Assembly (NCBI GenBank): GCA_965112155.1
Contig: OZ218114.1
Length of the DNA stretch: 64,000 nt
Reading direction: 5' to 3' (one strand)
Source of the DNA: Podarcis liolepis
Lineage: Eukaryota
Shown piece after piece: positions 13,591 through 60,651 of the stretch (positions are counted from its first letter, which is position 1; each line of letters starts with the position of its first letter). Position numbers and translations under genes: made by a program. Below the pieces are notes generated by a model. The model saw nothing but the letters and a program-made list of their open reading frames with translations, was not told the origin of the DNA and ran no database searches.

Positions 13591-13832
13591 GACACTTTAG
13601 CTTGCTAAATAGCGGCAATCCAGAAGCAGAGTCAATCAGGTTTTTCCTTGAGCAGTTCAGGCTGTTAATCTAACAAATATTTCTGGATAGAGTTTCTTCC
13701 TTGTGTCTGTCAGGCAGTGCAGTTCCATGGCCTGTGTTGCCGTACAACATTGGAACACAAGCCTACAAGGTTGTAAGTGCATTGTAGAGTAGGTAAGAGC
13801 AGTCCCCCTTTTCTTTCTTAGAGGGACAGTGG

Positions 13833-14264
13833 CAGTGTTAGAAACTGGGATAGAAAAGCACCGGGGTTATGGGCACCCAAACAGAATGTCTAGTCGCCAC
13901 GGGGAGTGGGTCGGCAACACTTTTTATTATTTTGATAAACATGAATTGATACACAATTCACATAAGTGACACATCGTTAATATCACATTTTTAGGAGAAT
14001 TATTAATACATGTTTAATTTGGTGTTTGCAATAAAAATATTGGTACCATTCTTCAGTTTTCAAAAACTCTACTCTTTATTGTTAAACTCCTTAACATGCT
14101 TTCTGTCCTTAACATATACTTCAAGACATCAAAGCACATACATTTCAGTAATCCTTGAGTATCAGCCAGGTGCAAAAAATGGCACCCAAACTTTTTGAGG
14201 TGCTCGCAAATGGGGGATCTTTAGGTACAAAATGTGCCTGGCGCCCTGCTAATTTTGAACCCTG
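13833..14264. mobile_element. hAT MITE, CAGTGTT-TIR family, copy 3
   Basis: CAGTGTTAGAAACT...TTTTGAACCCTG; TSD gacagtgg/gacagtaa; subterminal motifs shared with copy 2. Confidence 0.8.
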
Positions 14265-15910
14265 GACAGTAATATTCAGTTACAGAACCTTGAGCAATTT
14301 GGGAGCAAGCAGCACTATTCCACAAGTCAGTGAGGAGTGATCCTGTGCCTCTTGCAACATTTGGCTGGGCTGTTCTCTCTTCAATGAGCCCCAAAATGGC
14401 ACCTGTCTGTAGCTTTCTTCTGCCTTTCAGACTGTATATGTTATAAACATGGGGAGTAGCAGAGATATAGGGATGAGTGTTCTCACTCTCCTGCTATCAC
14501 TGTTTTAGCAACCCTTCATGAGTTGGAGGGCACTTTCTGAAGTGAGGAGTCTATTGGACTCATGTTGGTGCACCCCCCATTTTAGAACCGTGATTTTTCC
14601 AGTGTTCTAGAATGCGCAGGGCACCTCCGTAAGCAGAGGAAGGCTCCCTGTTTTGCGAGGTCACCCTCCATGAATTGGGAGGCAAATGGAATAGTAATGG
14701 TAAGCTCACATTCTCATCCCCACAGCTCCCCCTGTATGTTTACCACATGCACAGTCTCAATGCCTGTTTTATTTTTGACATGGGACTACTCTTGTGCATC
14801 ACACTCCTGCAGGCATTATCCTTTCTCAGTGCAATATAGGAAGGTTTCATGTGCACGTTTAGCACCGTGGAAGCTGCAAGCCCTCACTGGAGGAGCTGCT
14901 TCCAGGAAATTGGCACTTGCACGTCTCTTTTGGAAGTGAATGTGCTTTCCAGGGGAGAGGATTATTTTCATTAAAATTGCGTGGTGTCAACTTTGGAGCC
15001 AGGGTCTGTTCTACCCAGTGCTCTTTGTCCAAGTTGTGCTGGAATGGGAATGGCTGGCTGGCTTTCTAATTAGGAGACCTTTCCTGCCTAGCAAAGTTTC
15101 CAGTGACTATTAACATGAGGTCTGCAGAATGCTGGCTGCTGGTCTGAGCCAGAGGCATTTGCACCCCGTGGAATAAGCAGACAATACTGGAGTTAGTCTA
15201 CAGCCAGCAATTTTCTATGCTGGAGCAGCCTAAAGAATCCATGGCTTGCTTTGCAAGTGCTTTAGAATCTCTGTTCCAGCCTTCTGGGTGAAATGGCATG
15301 GTGGTGGAAAAGATGTAGCATCCTACTCCAGGGTGTCTGCACTGTGGCGTTTTTAAAGGCGGACAAGCCCATAGTTACACGCCATCCTGACCTACTTTGG
15401 GAAATTGTAGGTCAAAAGCCAAGGCATTCTAGCTTCACTGACTTTTTGTTCCATAACGATAGAGGATCTTGGAACTTGGGAGCAATGCAAGATCAGCCAG
15501 AGCCAGCAGTCATGCAATCCACAATATCGGGTACATTGGAGCACTTGTTTCTGGCTCAGATGAAATTGTTTGCTCTTGGAAGACAGCAGTGCTCTTAAAC
15601 ACCCCGAATCACTTTCTACCACAATGTCGTAATAATTCAAAACCAGAGTGGTACACATGCAGGAGATGAAACAGGTGGTGTACCTAGACAAGTGTGTGAG
15701 AAGTTCCACCAGGGCTGCTCCTCACAGCTCTTTGGCTGTTCCTCATGCCATCTTTTCAACATAAGCAGTAGACCGCTCTTTGCCTCTTGCTTCAGCAAAC
15801 TTGAGAATTGCAGGATGAGGAACAGGGGCCTGAGAGGTGGCGCACTGGCAGTTGGAGGGTAGGGACAAGCCTCTTCTGAGCTGGATTTTAGCCCCCTTCT
15901 CCCTCTAATC

Positions 15911-16161
15911 CAGGGGTAGGCAACCTAAGGCCTGGGGACCAGATCCGGCCCAATCACCTTCTCAATCCGGCCCATGAATGGTCCGGGAATCAGTGTGTTT
16001 TTACATGAGTAGAATGTGTCCTTTTATTTAAAATGCATCTCTGGGTTATTTGTGGGGCATAGGAATTTGTTCATTTTTTTCCTTCAAAATATAGTCTGGC
16101 CCCCCACAAGGTCTGAGGGACAGTGGACTGGCCCCCTACTGAAAAAGTTTGCTGACCCCTG
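15911..16161. mobile_element. hAT-Charlie MITE, OC1 (OposCharlie1)-like
   Basis: CAGGGGTAGGCAACCT...AGTTTGCTGACCCCTG; flanking tctaatc repeat; 3' motif GTCTGAGGGACAGTG.ACTGGCCCCCT recalled from OC1. Confidence 0.8.
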
Positions 16162-18725
16162 TCTAATCCCTGCAGAGGGGAGAGCACCACCAGCTGGGCT
16201 CCCATAAATTCATTGCTGAGCAATGCAGAGGAATGTTCAACTATAAAACAGCAGCACCTGTGAATTAGCATTACTTGCACTTGCTCCCAGTGGAGCTTTG
16301 AACTCTGTTTCAGAATTATGCCCTTAACTTCTCCCCAGCAGAGTGTTGGGTAGTTCTCCCAACCTTGCTTCTCAAGCATTGGTTTCTCAAATTGTGAGGT
16401 TGAAGTTTGGACAGAAGGAAAGGGGAAGGCAGCTTGGATTTTGAAGCACTTCTAATTGGTGGCAGCATGAGTGCTGGGAGCTGGCATAGTTCCTGCAGAT
16501 GCTACACGCTTTGTTAGCGTCCCATAATAGGATTGTTAATTTCCCTGGGCTTTTGTTTTGGAGTTTCACTACTGAAGGGGTTCTGTTTATAGATTAGTTT
16601 GACACTTAATTGTGGCCACAGTCCAGTGGATTGAGCAGAATCTGGGTCAACTTGTGCATGAACTTGAGACATCTTTGGAGTATATGGGGCTGACTACCCT
16701 GAGCTTACTCAGCTGCAGTTGGTGGAGACTGTACACCCCATTGGTCAATATCCCCAGCCAAAACCTTGAATTGAGAAGCTTCTCCAGGGTTGAGTTGATA
16801 ACACCTATGACTTCCACTGAAAGTAAATGGGTAATACCGATTGAAGTATCAGGAGCCTCAGAGGGAGGTTTGCCAATGGGTATACACTTCATAATTATCC
16901 AGGAAAACTCACTTGGTTAATGTTCAGATGAGCTGGGGGTTACATTAAGGCATATTTTAATCCTTTTCTTCCCCAGTAACAGACTCAGGGAAGCACACCA
17001 AGTTCTCTGACGAATCTTGCTGTTGAGGCTGCAGCATCCTGCTGATCTGTCCCACTGAATTTATAATGGGAGCAGTCATTTGGGTTGGAAGTTGTCTGAA
17101 TTCTGGAGGTGTCCCCTAAAGGCAGCTCTTTCAGCTTGCTCTTAGAGCTCCAGCAGCTTTTAACATTGGCCATTTCGATGGCAGACCTTTGACATGGTCT
17201 CTTTGCCAATGCTTACTGTACACACATGGCTGGTGCTGGTGGAGAAATTAGCTCTTTTTGATCAGCCTACCAATATTCTATACCACATGTTGGAACACAT
17301 CCACAGCCACATGTGCTTTGGACAAAGTAGGCCAGCTGGCTGGAAGGGAAGGGGTCTTTGCTCACCTGAAAAGAGCACTGAAAAGAGGAGGAGAGAGATG
17401 CATCAGTGACCTGTGATTCTGCATTTCAGGGAAGGGTGGGGTAGTGGTGAAGATTTGACTGGAAAAACAGTTCGCTGGCTGAGCCGCAAGACAAGAGAGC
17501 TGCTGTGCTCAATCTGCTTCCCTACCCGTGAAAAGGCTTTGCTACGACATTTGTGCCAGGAAGGCAACAGTGACTTGGGTTTCACGTGGAATTGGACATC
17601 TCCATGGGGACGGGTAAACAGGCAGCTTCAAACACTGTGGAGCATGCCTCAGTGAGGACATTTGTCAGTGTGGAATGAGACACTTGCTGTTCCAGGCAGA
17701 GCACTAGAGGAAGCAGTAATGAATGGGCTGGGTAGAGGACAGCAGCAGATTCCTCTAGGCAGGTGTCACTGACTAGCACTTACCACTAGTAAGCAGGCAA
17801 TAGTCCTGTGTGCGCTGTTTGCATGTATGCTGGCATAATTCGAGTGTATAGAAGACATTCCATGCTATGAAAAATAAGTGAACGTAACATGAATAGAGTG
17901 GCCTAGATCTAGGAAATCTTGAATTTATCAGGGCCTAGACAGGATTCCCTTTGATTACATATGTCATACTAATAAAATGGAAATATACATGTTGGGCTGC
18001 TAGCAATCTGGACTCTGTTTTCTAACTATTCCACACTGTGATGGTGATGCTTTAATATTCAAAGGACGCTGAATTGGAGTTCTTTCTCTCTTTTTTAAAA
18101 CTGCTTTGGAGATCTGGTGCTTTAGGCTTGCTTGTGCGGGTATCGCACTAAAGGGCTACAACCAGGAGACTAGTCCTGGTTAGAATTATCCATGTATCCT
18201 GGAATTTAAGATGTTAAAAAATGGGTGCTAGGTGACCTGCATTTTTACAACTGGAAAGTGGCCCCATGAGATGCAACTAATTTCTGGTCTACATCTCTAG
18301 TAAATGGAATGTTTTGGATGTTTATAGTTTAAAACGATCTACTCCTCTGGGGAGAGAGAAGCTTTACTGGGATTGCTTATGTTTCTCTACATTTGTAGTA
18401 AACTTCAAAGTGCTTGGAACTGTCTGTAAAACCTGTTTCCTTTTCACCTCTGCACATAAGGGGCAAGGCTGCTTGATGTGAGATGTTGCAGACATTCTGT
18501 GGAACAACTTTCTTGACCCAATAAATAGGACATAGGTGTGTGTGGTGGTGGAGAGGGGTGCCATAGTGTAATGTAGAGCATGTGGGAATGTTACTGGTTC
18601 AACCTTTGGCACTTGCATCTTAGGTGTCGAGACTGGGAAAGACCTGGGCAGCAGAAATGGAGGGTGATGGGCTAGATGGACCAGTAGCCTGACTTAGGCG
18701 GTTTCGTGCAAATCCCCAATAGTGA

Positions 18726-53997
<35,272 letters not shown>

Positions 53998-55488
53998 AGA
54001 TCAGGCAGGCTACAGTAAGTAGCATTTGAGTCCAAACCTGTGCCAGGCACTGGGGAAATGCATGGGCCCCTTCCATGAAAGAAAGGGGATTGGGGGGGTT
54101 GGGGTGGGTGGGAAGTACCCTCCTTTTTAATGTTGGCCTACCCACTACCTGACCTGCACTACACCGTGCTCACTGGGGAAGCAAGCGCCACATCCAAAGT
54201 TTCTGCAGGGGTGGGCCTATCTGTTTGCTGCTGCTGCTGGAGCTGAGCAGAGCTCTCTCTGGACCAGCCGCAAGTCTCGGGACCTTGCAGGCAGAAGAGC
54301 CAGGCATGAGGAAATACTGTGTCTGCGTCCCTGGGGCATTCAAGGTTGGGTGTTGCATTCCTGGCTCAGAGGTCAAGAGGCTTAGTAGGCTCAGAGTTCG
54401 AAAGGTGCACTGCTCACTGCCGCCCTTGGGAAGGGGCAGAGCTCTGGGCTCTCTCTGGCTCCCCAGTGAGCTGTTCCTGCTCCTGAAGCCATTGCCAAGA
54501 GGGCCCTGCTAGGCCAGCCAGTTTTATGCCTGGCGGTGGGAGTGTGGAGCAGCGTGGGGCACAAGAAAGGCTTAGTGAGGTTCCTCTGTGTAGCTGTGTA
54601 GGCAAGTGTCTAGTATTCCTGCCACCCACTCCCCTCTCTTTGTCTCTCTCGTTTTCCGGCAGGGGTATGTACAGCTTTGAAACAAAAAGGTCCATTTCAA
54701 ACCAACAGTATCTCGCAGCGTTGCGCCAAATGGCCGTCCCGTTTCTCCTTGACGGAAATCTTGTGGCGGCTCCTCCTCCTCCTCCTCAACCTCCTCGTTG
54801 GTTCAACAGTGTGCTTGTTCCTTTCGGATGTTCATTATTGCCATATTTGCCTGTGACGCCAGCCATTCTGGAAGGACCAGAGCACCCCCCCTCACACAGA
54901 AGCTGCAGGGGGCAGTTTGCGGGCAGCTGCCGGCTTGGAGGGCCCCCCCTTCCCAGTCAGTGGCAGGTGCCAGGGGAGGGGGCAGCCAGCCTTGCCTGGA
55001 AAACCTGATGGCAGAAGGGGAGAGGAGCTCTGCCCACCCGCAAGCAATAAGCAGCTGTTTTGGACGGTGCCTCTTCATGATCTGCCTTTGCAGTGGCCCC
55101 TCCAGGCCAGGGGGCTGGTGGGGGGGGGGCTGTGCTTGCGGAGGGGCCAAGCCTCCACGTCTGCCTTCCATGCATCGCTTGCCTCCCACCCCTTGGCCAT
55201 TTCCCCCCCTCCCCCCCACCGCAGTGGTGCAATATTGCTTTTGTGTGTCTCTCCTCTGTCAGCCTTTCTGTTTTAAATTTTGTCACTCTGTCCTTTCTTC
55301 CGTTTCTCTCTTTTTGTACATCTCCCCCCCCCCCATTTTATTCCATGTGCTACTACTTCTTCTTTTTTTCCCTTTCCCCCTTTGTTTCGAGAAAACCTGG
55401 TTCTTGTTTTTAACTTGCTTTCCCTTCAGATCATGTAGGAATTTGTTTTGGTAAATGTTTTATTATTGTTGTTGTTATTATTATTAAT

Positions 55489-55509
55489 AATAAATTAATT
55501 GTTAATAAA
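55489..55509 (+). terminator. Proximal poly(A) signals (two AATAAA) in the SIK3 3' UTR
   Basis: AATAAA at 55489-55494 and 55504-55509 after a U-rich stretch. Confidence 0.5.
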
Positions 55510-56600
55510 AGGCAGGATGCATTTTGCCCCTCCCCTTCTACCCCGCCCCACGTTGCTGCTTGCCCCTCCCCCATCTTCCTCCCAGTATTGGCTTTTCTCC
55601 AGTGTGGCATCGGAGACCATCTCTCCCCCTCTCTCAGCCCCTGGGGAACTTGTTTTCTGTGACTGGTCCAGGGTCTGGGGCACCTCCAGCGGCTGGGCCT
55701 CCGGGGAGTCTCTCTTGTCATCTTTTCTGCCTTTGGAACTTTTGACAAAGCTGCAACAGAGAATCCCTATTACTGACTCTTTTTGGAAGAATTTTTTAAA
55801 AGGATTAAATATATATATAAATATATATATCAATGCAGCCCTCCTGAATTTGCACAGAAGAAGTGTGAGACCAGCATGGCTGAGGTTCTTTTGCTATCGT
55901 CATCATCACCATCATCATCCTCCTGTTCCTCGTTCTCACCTTTCCAGCAGCATCTGGATACCAAGATGTGCAAGCGATGGTGGGGGGAAGCCTCTTCCTG
56001 CTCCTCCTCCTCCTCCAGGCTGGATTGTGGCCCCGGTTCCACTGAGGCGGGGGACTCGCTTACCAGGGAAGAAGAGTGGGCCATGGAGGGGCAGGGGGAA
56101 TTGAGGGCTGCTCACTGCTCCCTCCTGCCACTGGGAGGGAGGGGCCAAAAGGCACCGAAAGCCTCCTCTGGCCTGGCTTTGGACTCTTGCTTTGGTTTTT
56201 CCTTCTGTTTACATGATCCTGAGAGATGACAGCAGCATCAGCCGCCCTCCAAGCAAACCGCCATGCAGGGACTGGCCTGGCTATGCTGTTTTGCAGTATC
56301 ACACTTTTTGTTTTTTGTTTTTGCGGGGGGGATTCTTTTGTTTTTAATCATTGCTTTGTATTGTAGTAATCAATACTCGCAGTCTATGTTGAATGTATCA
56401 TATACTTTGCTATTATTTCTGTTTTGGGGGAAATGTCCAAAGTATTTTTTCTCATTTATGTTGGACTAAAAACAAGAACCCACACAAACAAACTCCCCAG
56501 ATTTTCAGCAAAATCTTAGTTCAGTTTTTTTCCGTTTGTTTGTTCGTTTTCGGTGGGTCATTTTGCAACTAGTAACTTAGTTGGACGTGGGATCATGACA

Positions 56601-56606
56601 AATAAA
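56601..56606 (+). terminator. Distal SIK3 poly(A) signal
   Basis: AATAAA with U-rich sequence upstream and a U/GU-rich element at ~56645-56665. Confidence 0.7.
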
Positions 56607-58693
56607 CCCATGATTATGATTGGCTCTCAGCAGCTCTGGTCTGGCTTTTCTCTTGCTGTTGTGTCCAGGGTTGGGGAGTGGTGGTGCCTTAAGCTGGGAT
56701 TGTCCCTGAACAAGTGGCAGTGATGGCTCTGGAGACCCTCCTTAGGCAGAGGACCCTTGCGTTCTGACCATGTGCTGCATTGGTAGCAGCGCAAGCCCAT
56801 GTTTGGGTCCTTGCATACTTCAGGATCAGTAGAGCTTCCAGGTGGGAGGGAAGGGACTCAGTGACAGATCATCTTCCTTGCAAGCAAAAGCTCCCAGGTT
56901 GAATTTTCTAGCACAGGGTTTCCCAAACCTGTTTCATCGCAGGGCCCCACCTGCCTCCTCCATTGCATCCCATCACCAGGGTTAGTATCAAAAGACCCTC
57001 CTGCTGCACACTGCTCATGACCTAGAGGAAGGGGGCATAGAATGCTCCTTGGTGTGTCTCTGCTTAGCATCTCCCTTTGAGGGGGTGCCATCATGTGAGC
57101 ATTTTTGTCTGAAAATGGCATGCCAAGGAGTGATTAGCTAAGGTCGGGTCCTGTTGACAGTTTTAGTCTGGTGGCATCCAATGGCAATTTGTGCTCCCTG
57201 AGGAGATCTTTGCTTCCACCAGAAAAGTTGTTTGTCCTTTAAAGCCAAACTGGCTGATACAAGAGCAGCATTTTTGTCATTTTGATAGCCCTGGGCTTGG
57301 AGTCCAAGCAGAGCCTCCACAACCTCAGTCACATTTCTTTGGGCGATGGGCTTGCAAGAGAATGGGTTGGTGTCACCACTGCTTCATTCTCCTCCCCCAG
57401 TGAGTCCTGCTGATTCATTCTCAGGGTGGGAGGCTAAGAATGGAGCACAGTGCCCAAATGGGTTTACTTGGATTTCTCTTCCAGAAAGTCTGGATTGGGG
57501 GTTCCTTGTATGCATCTTGTCCCTTGTCTGAGACATTATGGAGCTGCTGCCAGCCAGTGCTGACTATATGGAGCTGGCTGGACCTTAAGGGGCTGACTCA
57601 GTAGAAGGCAGCTTCCTATGCTCTGCAGGTGATGGAACTACAGCTGCAGTCCTCAGTAAGGCTGTTCTGATGTGTATGGGCTTCAGCTAAAAGGCTGGCA
57701 GAGTTTTCCTTGCTGTTATCTCCTGTGTCCCCAGCCTCAAAGGTGGCATAGATATCAAAACTCTTGATGGAATGGCAGTAAAGGGACACATGCAAAATGG
57801 TGCTAATTGATAGGGATTATTAGTCTTTATGGTGCCCATAGACTTGGCTTTTGCTCCAACAGACTAAGACATGTATGGAAACAGAGTCAGGATGTGTTTC
57901 TCATCTTCTGGAGAGTAACTCCCCCTCCCTCTGGAGACAGGTTTCCTGACACTGTGAATTCTAAGATGAGTGGCAGCCCCACTTTTGTGGAGGTTTCATG
58001 TAATCAGGCTCCGCCCTCCCATGGCAGAGAAAGCCATGCCCAGAATTTCATGCATTCAGTTGCACCATGCAGTCACCAGCCTTCCTATCTGATGTAAAAT
58101 CCAGCACTCTCGGGGAGAGGCTGAGGTTTATTGGATGTATGTGTTGCTTCACACTGAATAAAGTCCTGAAGTGATTTGCAACTAAGTAAAACATAACAGT
58201 GATAAAATCACGTCAGCATATTCAAAACAGCACAATACTGTATCATTGGTGCTCCCTAAATGCCCTAGAAAACTAAAGGATGGCAAGGTTGGCACCAGGT
58301 GGGCCTCTCTTGGGGGAGAGCAATCCATTAAGTTGGGAAGGCAATTTTGGGCCTTTCCAACCTTGAACAATGAGATGGAATCTCAGAAGTTGTGGGATGG
58401 GTCCATAACTCTGGCAGATCACTTGCTCTGCCCACAGTAGGTCAATCTCTGGTATCATCAAGTTTGAAAAATGATCAGAAAGACCCTTGCCTGCCTAAGA
58501 TCCTAGAAAACCCCAATCAGAGGACACCAGCCTCCTCAGTGTTTTGGACAGTGATTCCCATCATCACCCTTGACCTTCCTGGCTGTGGCTGATGGGAGTT
58601 GCAGTTCGACAACTTCTGGAACACGCCAGGTTGGGGAAGGCTGGAGTAGACCGTATCACGCCATGACAAAGTCTCATCTGGTATAAGGCAGTT

Positions 58694-58737
58694 TCCTGTG
58701 TTAAGGAGACTCCTGTGTTAAGGAGACTGTGTTAAGG
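58694..58737. repeat. 17-bp tandem duplication tcctgtgttaaggagac x2 plus a partial copy
   Basis: Read directly. Confidence 0.9.
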
Positions 58738-59539
58738 TCAGAGGGTGGGGCAAAGATAATCCACATTATCTCCCTGGGGCCAGCAATCCAAGAATGAAGT
58801 AGGCAGAATGAGCAAATGCATCCAAATGCTTGAGTCTGCACAATGTGTTCAGATTGCAGTTACTCTCTTAGTGGAGTCAGGAGGTTTTCTTGGTGTAGAT
58901 AGAGCCTCAGACGTCTTTGGAACAACGCTCTACGGCTGTGGTGGTTCTTCCCATAGAGCTGCTTTCCCTAACCTGGCTCTGTCCAGATGTTTTGCACTCC
59001 AAAGAAAAATAATCAGGCACTTGCTGGAAGCAAGAGCCCTTCTCCCCAATAACTGCCCATTTGCTGTGTGCAAAACCCTTTTTCCTCCTCTTGTGTATGG
59101 GGAAGCGTTCCAGTGTGTGAACCCCCACCATCACTTTCAGCCAGGCCCAAGTCAGCCACTTTCTCTGATGTTTGTCCTTGTCAAGAGAGGTGAGGTTTCG
59201 CCTGGGGAAGTGGGGGGCTAGGATAGAAAGCAGCTTACGGTAGGTACAACTTTTCTCGCACGCTGGCTCCCCAGCAAAGGAGAACAACCCCAGTTATTGG
59301 CCTGTTGTTAAAGGCTTGCCTGGTCCATGCTGGGAGGCTTCAGGTCACAGAGTTGTTCTCCTGAAGTTATTGCTGAAGGCACCGAGGACAGAGTCCTCAA
59401 GCCACTTGGGAACAACAACAGGAGCCTTGCAAATCTCCTTCCTTGGCGGCTGCCCAGCTGAGCGGAGGGGTCCGTGGGGTTCCTGTTCTGCCCACAAGTG
59501 CAAATCTGGGTCAGAGAGCTGGCCCCAGGCCCAGCTTCT

Positions 59540-59740
59540 GTGTTTGTTCCGGAGTCCCTTGCCAGGCCCCTGTTGCTCCTTGATCGTGCGCGTTCCCCCT
59601 GGGGATGTGTGTTTGATCCTTGAACTCTAAGCGCCACATAGTCACGACTTGGGAGTGAATTCCCCATTTACAGCTTTGACTTATCTTCGGCAATAAACAA
59701 CCACCTCTGGTATAAATAGCCACCGCCGAGAAGGATCGGT
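59540..59740 (+). promoter_or_regulatory. APOA1: APOA1 proximal promoter
   Basis: TATAAATA 59711-59718; TGATCCTTGAACTCT 59614-59628 (site C-like); TGTTTGT 59541; CTTATCT (GATA) 59680; AATAAACA (FOX) 59692. Confidence 0.85.
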
Positions 59741-59770
59741 CACACGAAGCAGCAGACACTGAAAGGACTG
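59741..59770 (+). other. APOA1: APOA1 non-coding exon 1 (TSS approximate)
   Basis: Starts ~30 nt after the TATA box and ends at the CTG|gtaaga donor (59771). Confidence 0.75.
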
Positions 59771-59807
59771 GTAAGAATCTGGGCCTCTCCTGGTACTATG
59801 GCTTGCT

Positions 59808-59810
59808 TCT

Positions 59811-59866
<56 letters not shown>

Positions 59867-59877
59867 CTCCCTCTCTC
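59808..59877. repeat. (CT)n tract in APOA1 intron 1
   Basis: Read directly. Confidence 0.95.
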
Positions 59878-60608
59878 AAAGCTCTTTGAAAAGACTTTGC
59901 TTCCCCTGCAGAGAAGTTGCCTCTCCATTTCTTTCTTGATCAGCCTTTGCCAACTCCCTGGTGCCCACCCAATGTTTTGGACCACAGATCCCATCAGCAC
60001 CAGCTAGCACAGCAGCCCGAGCACATCAGGAGGGCACCACCAAGTTGGCAAAGGCTGACTTGGTTGTTCTGCCTGGGGCTTCCTCTTGGAATCAATGGAT
60101 ACCTTGGGGTGTACACCTTTGGGAGGGAAGCTCATTGGACTCTTCCAATGAGCAGGTGCCCCAGCTTGGGAAGCATCTCTGGGCATCTTGCTGCTGCTGG
60201 GCTAGGTGGACGTAGCAGGTCTTGCACGCAGCAATTCTTGCTTAAGGGCCGAAAGAGCTGCCCTGTGGGGTCATGCCAAGGGGAGCCCACCTCACCTCGA
60301 ATCCGGCTGCTTCTCAAAATGGCCAGCCCAGTGCCTCCAGGGAAGCCCACAAGCAAGACTTTATGGTAACTAGTCCTTCTGTGTTGCTTGCTAACTGGCA
60401 AGATCCGCTGGATCTGGTCTTCCCATTGGCTCTTCTGGCTAATCTTCAGCATGCCTCTTTTTCGCCTCACTTCCAATTTCTCTCTTTCTTGGTCTTGGGA
60501 GAGAAAAGCTCAAGAAATCTTTCTGTTGTTGTTTTTCTACATCTTTGTGGATTCTTCTGGCCTGACGTGATCCCCTTCTGCAGTCTCCAGGTTGGAACGC
60601 ATTGCAAG

Positions 60609-60651
60609 ATGAGAGCCATCACAGTGACCCTGGCCCTGGTGTTCCTCACAG
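60609..60651 (+). CDS. APOA1: APOA1 exon 2 coding part (signal peptide)
   Basis: caagATGa start, gtgagt donor; exon starts at 60591 (or 60584). Confidence 0.95.

Larger units (their letters stand above)
54663..56625 (+). other. SIK3: SIK3 non-coding last exon 25 (3' UTR); 3' end approximate
   Basis: Polypyrimidine tract plus ggcag acceptor (AG 54661-54662), U-rich UTR-like composition, AATAAA at 56601. Confidence 0.75.

Noticed and set aside
16612-16920. Overlapping ORFs on both strands
   Set aside because: No homology recognised; one has a non-ATG start; intronic
54798-56229. Long low-complexity ORFs (148-218 aa)
   Set aside because: They lie in the SIK3 3' UTR and are produced by simple repeats and homopolymers
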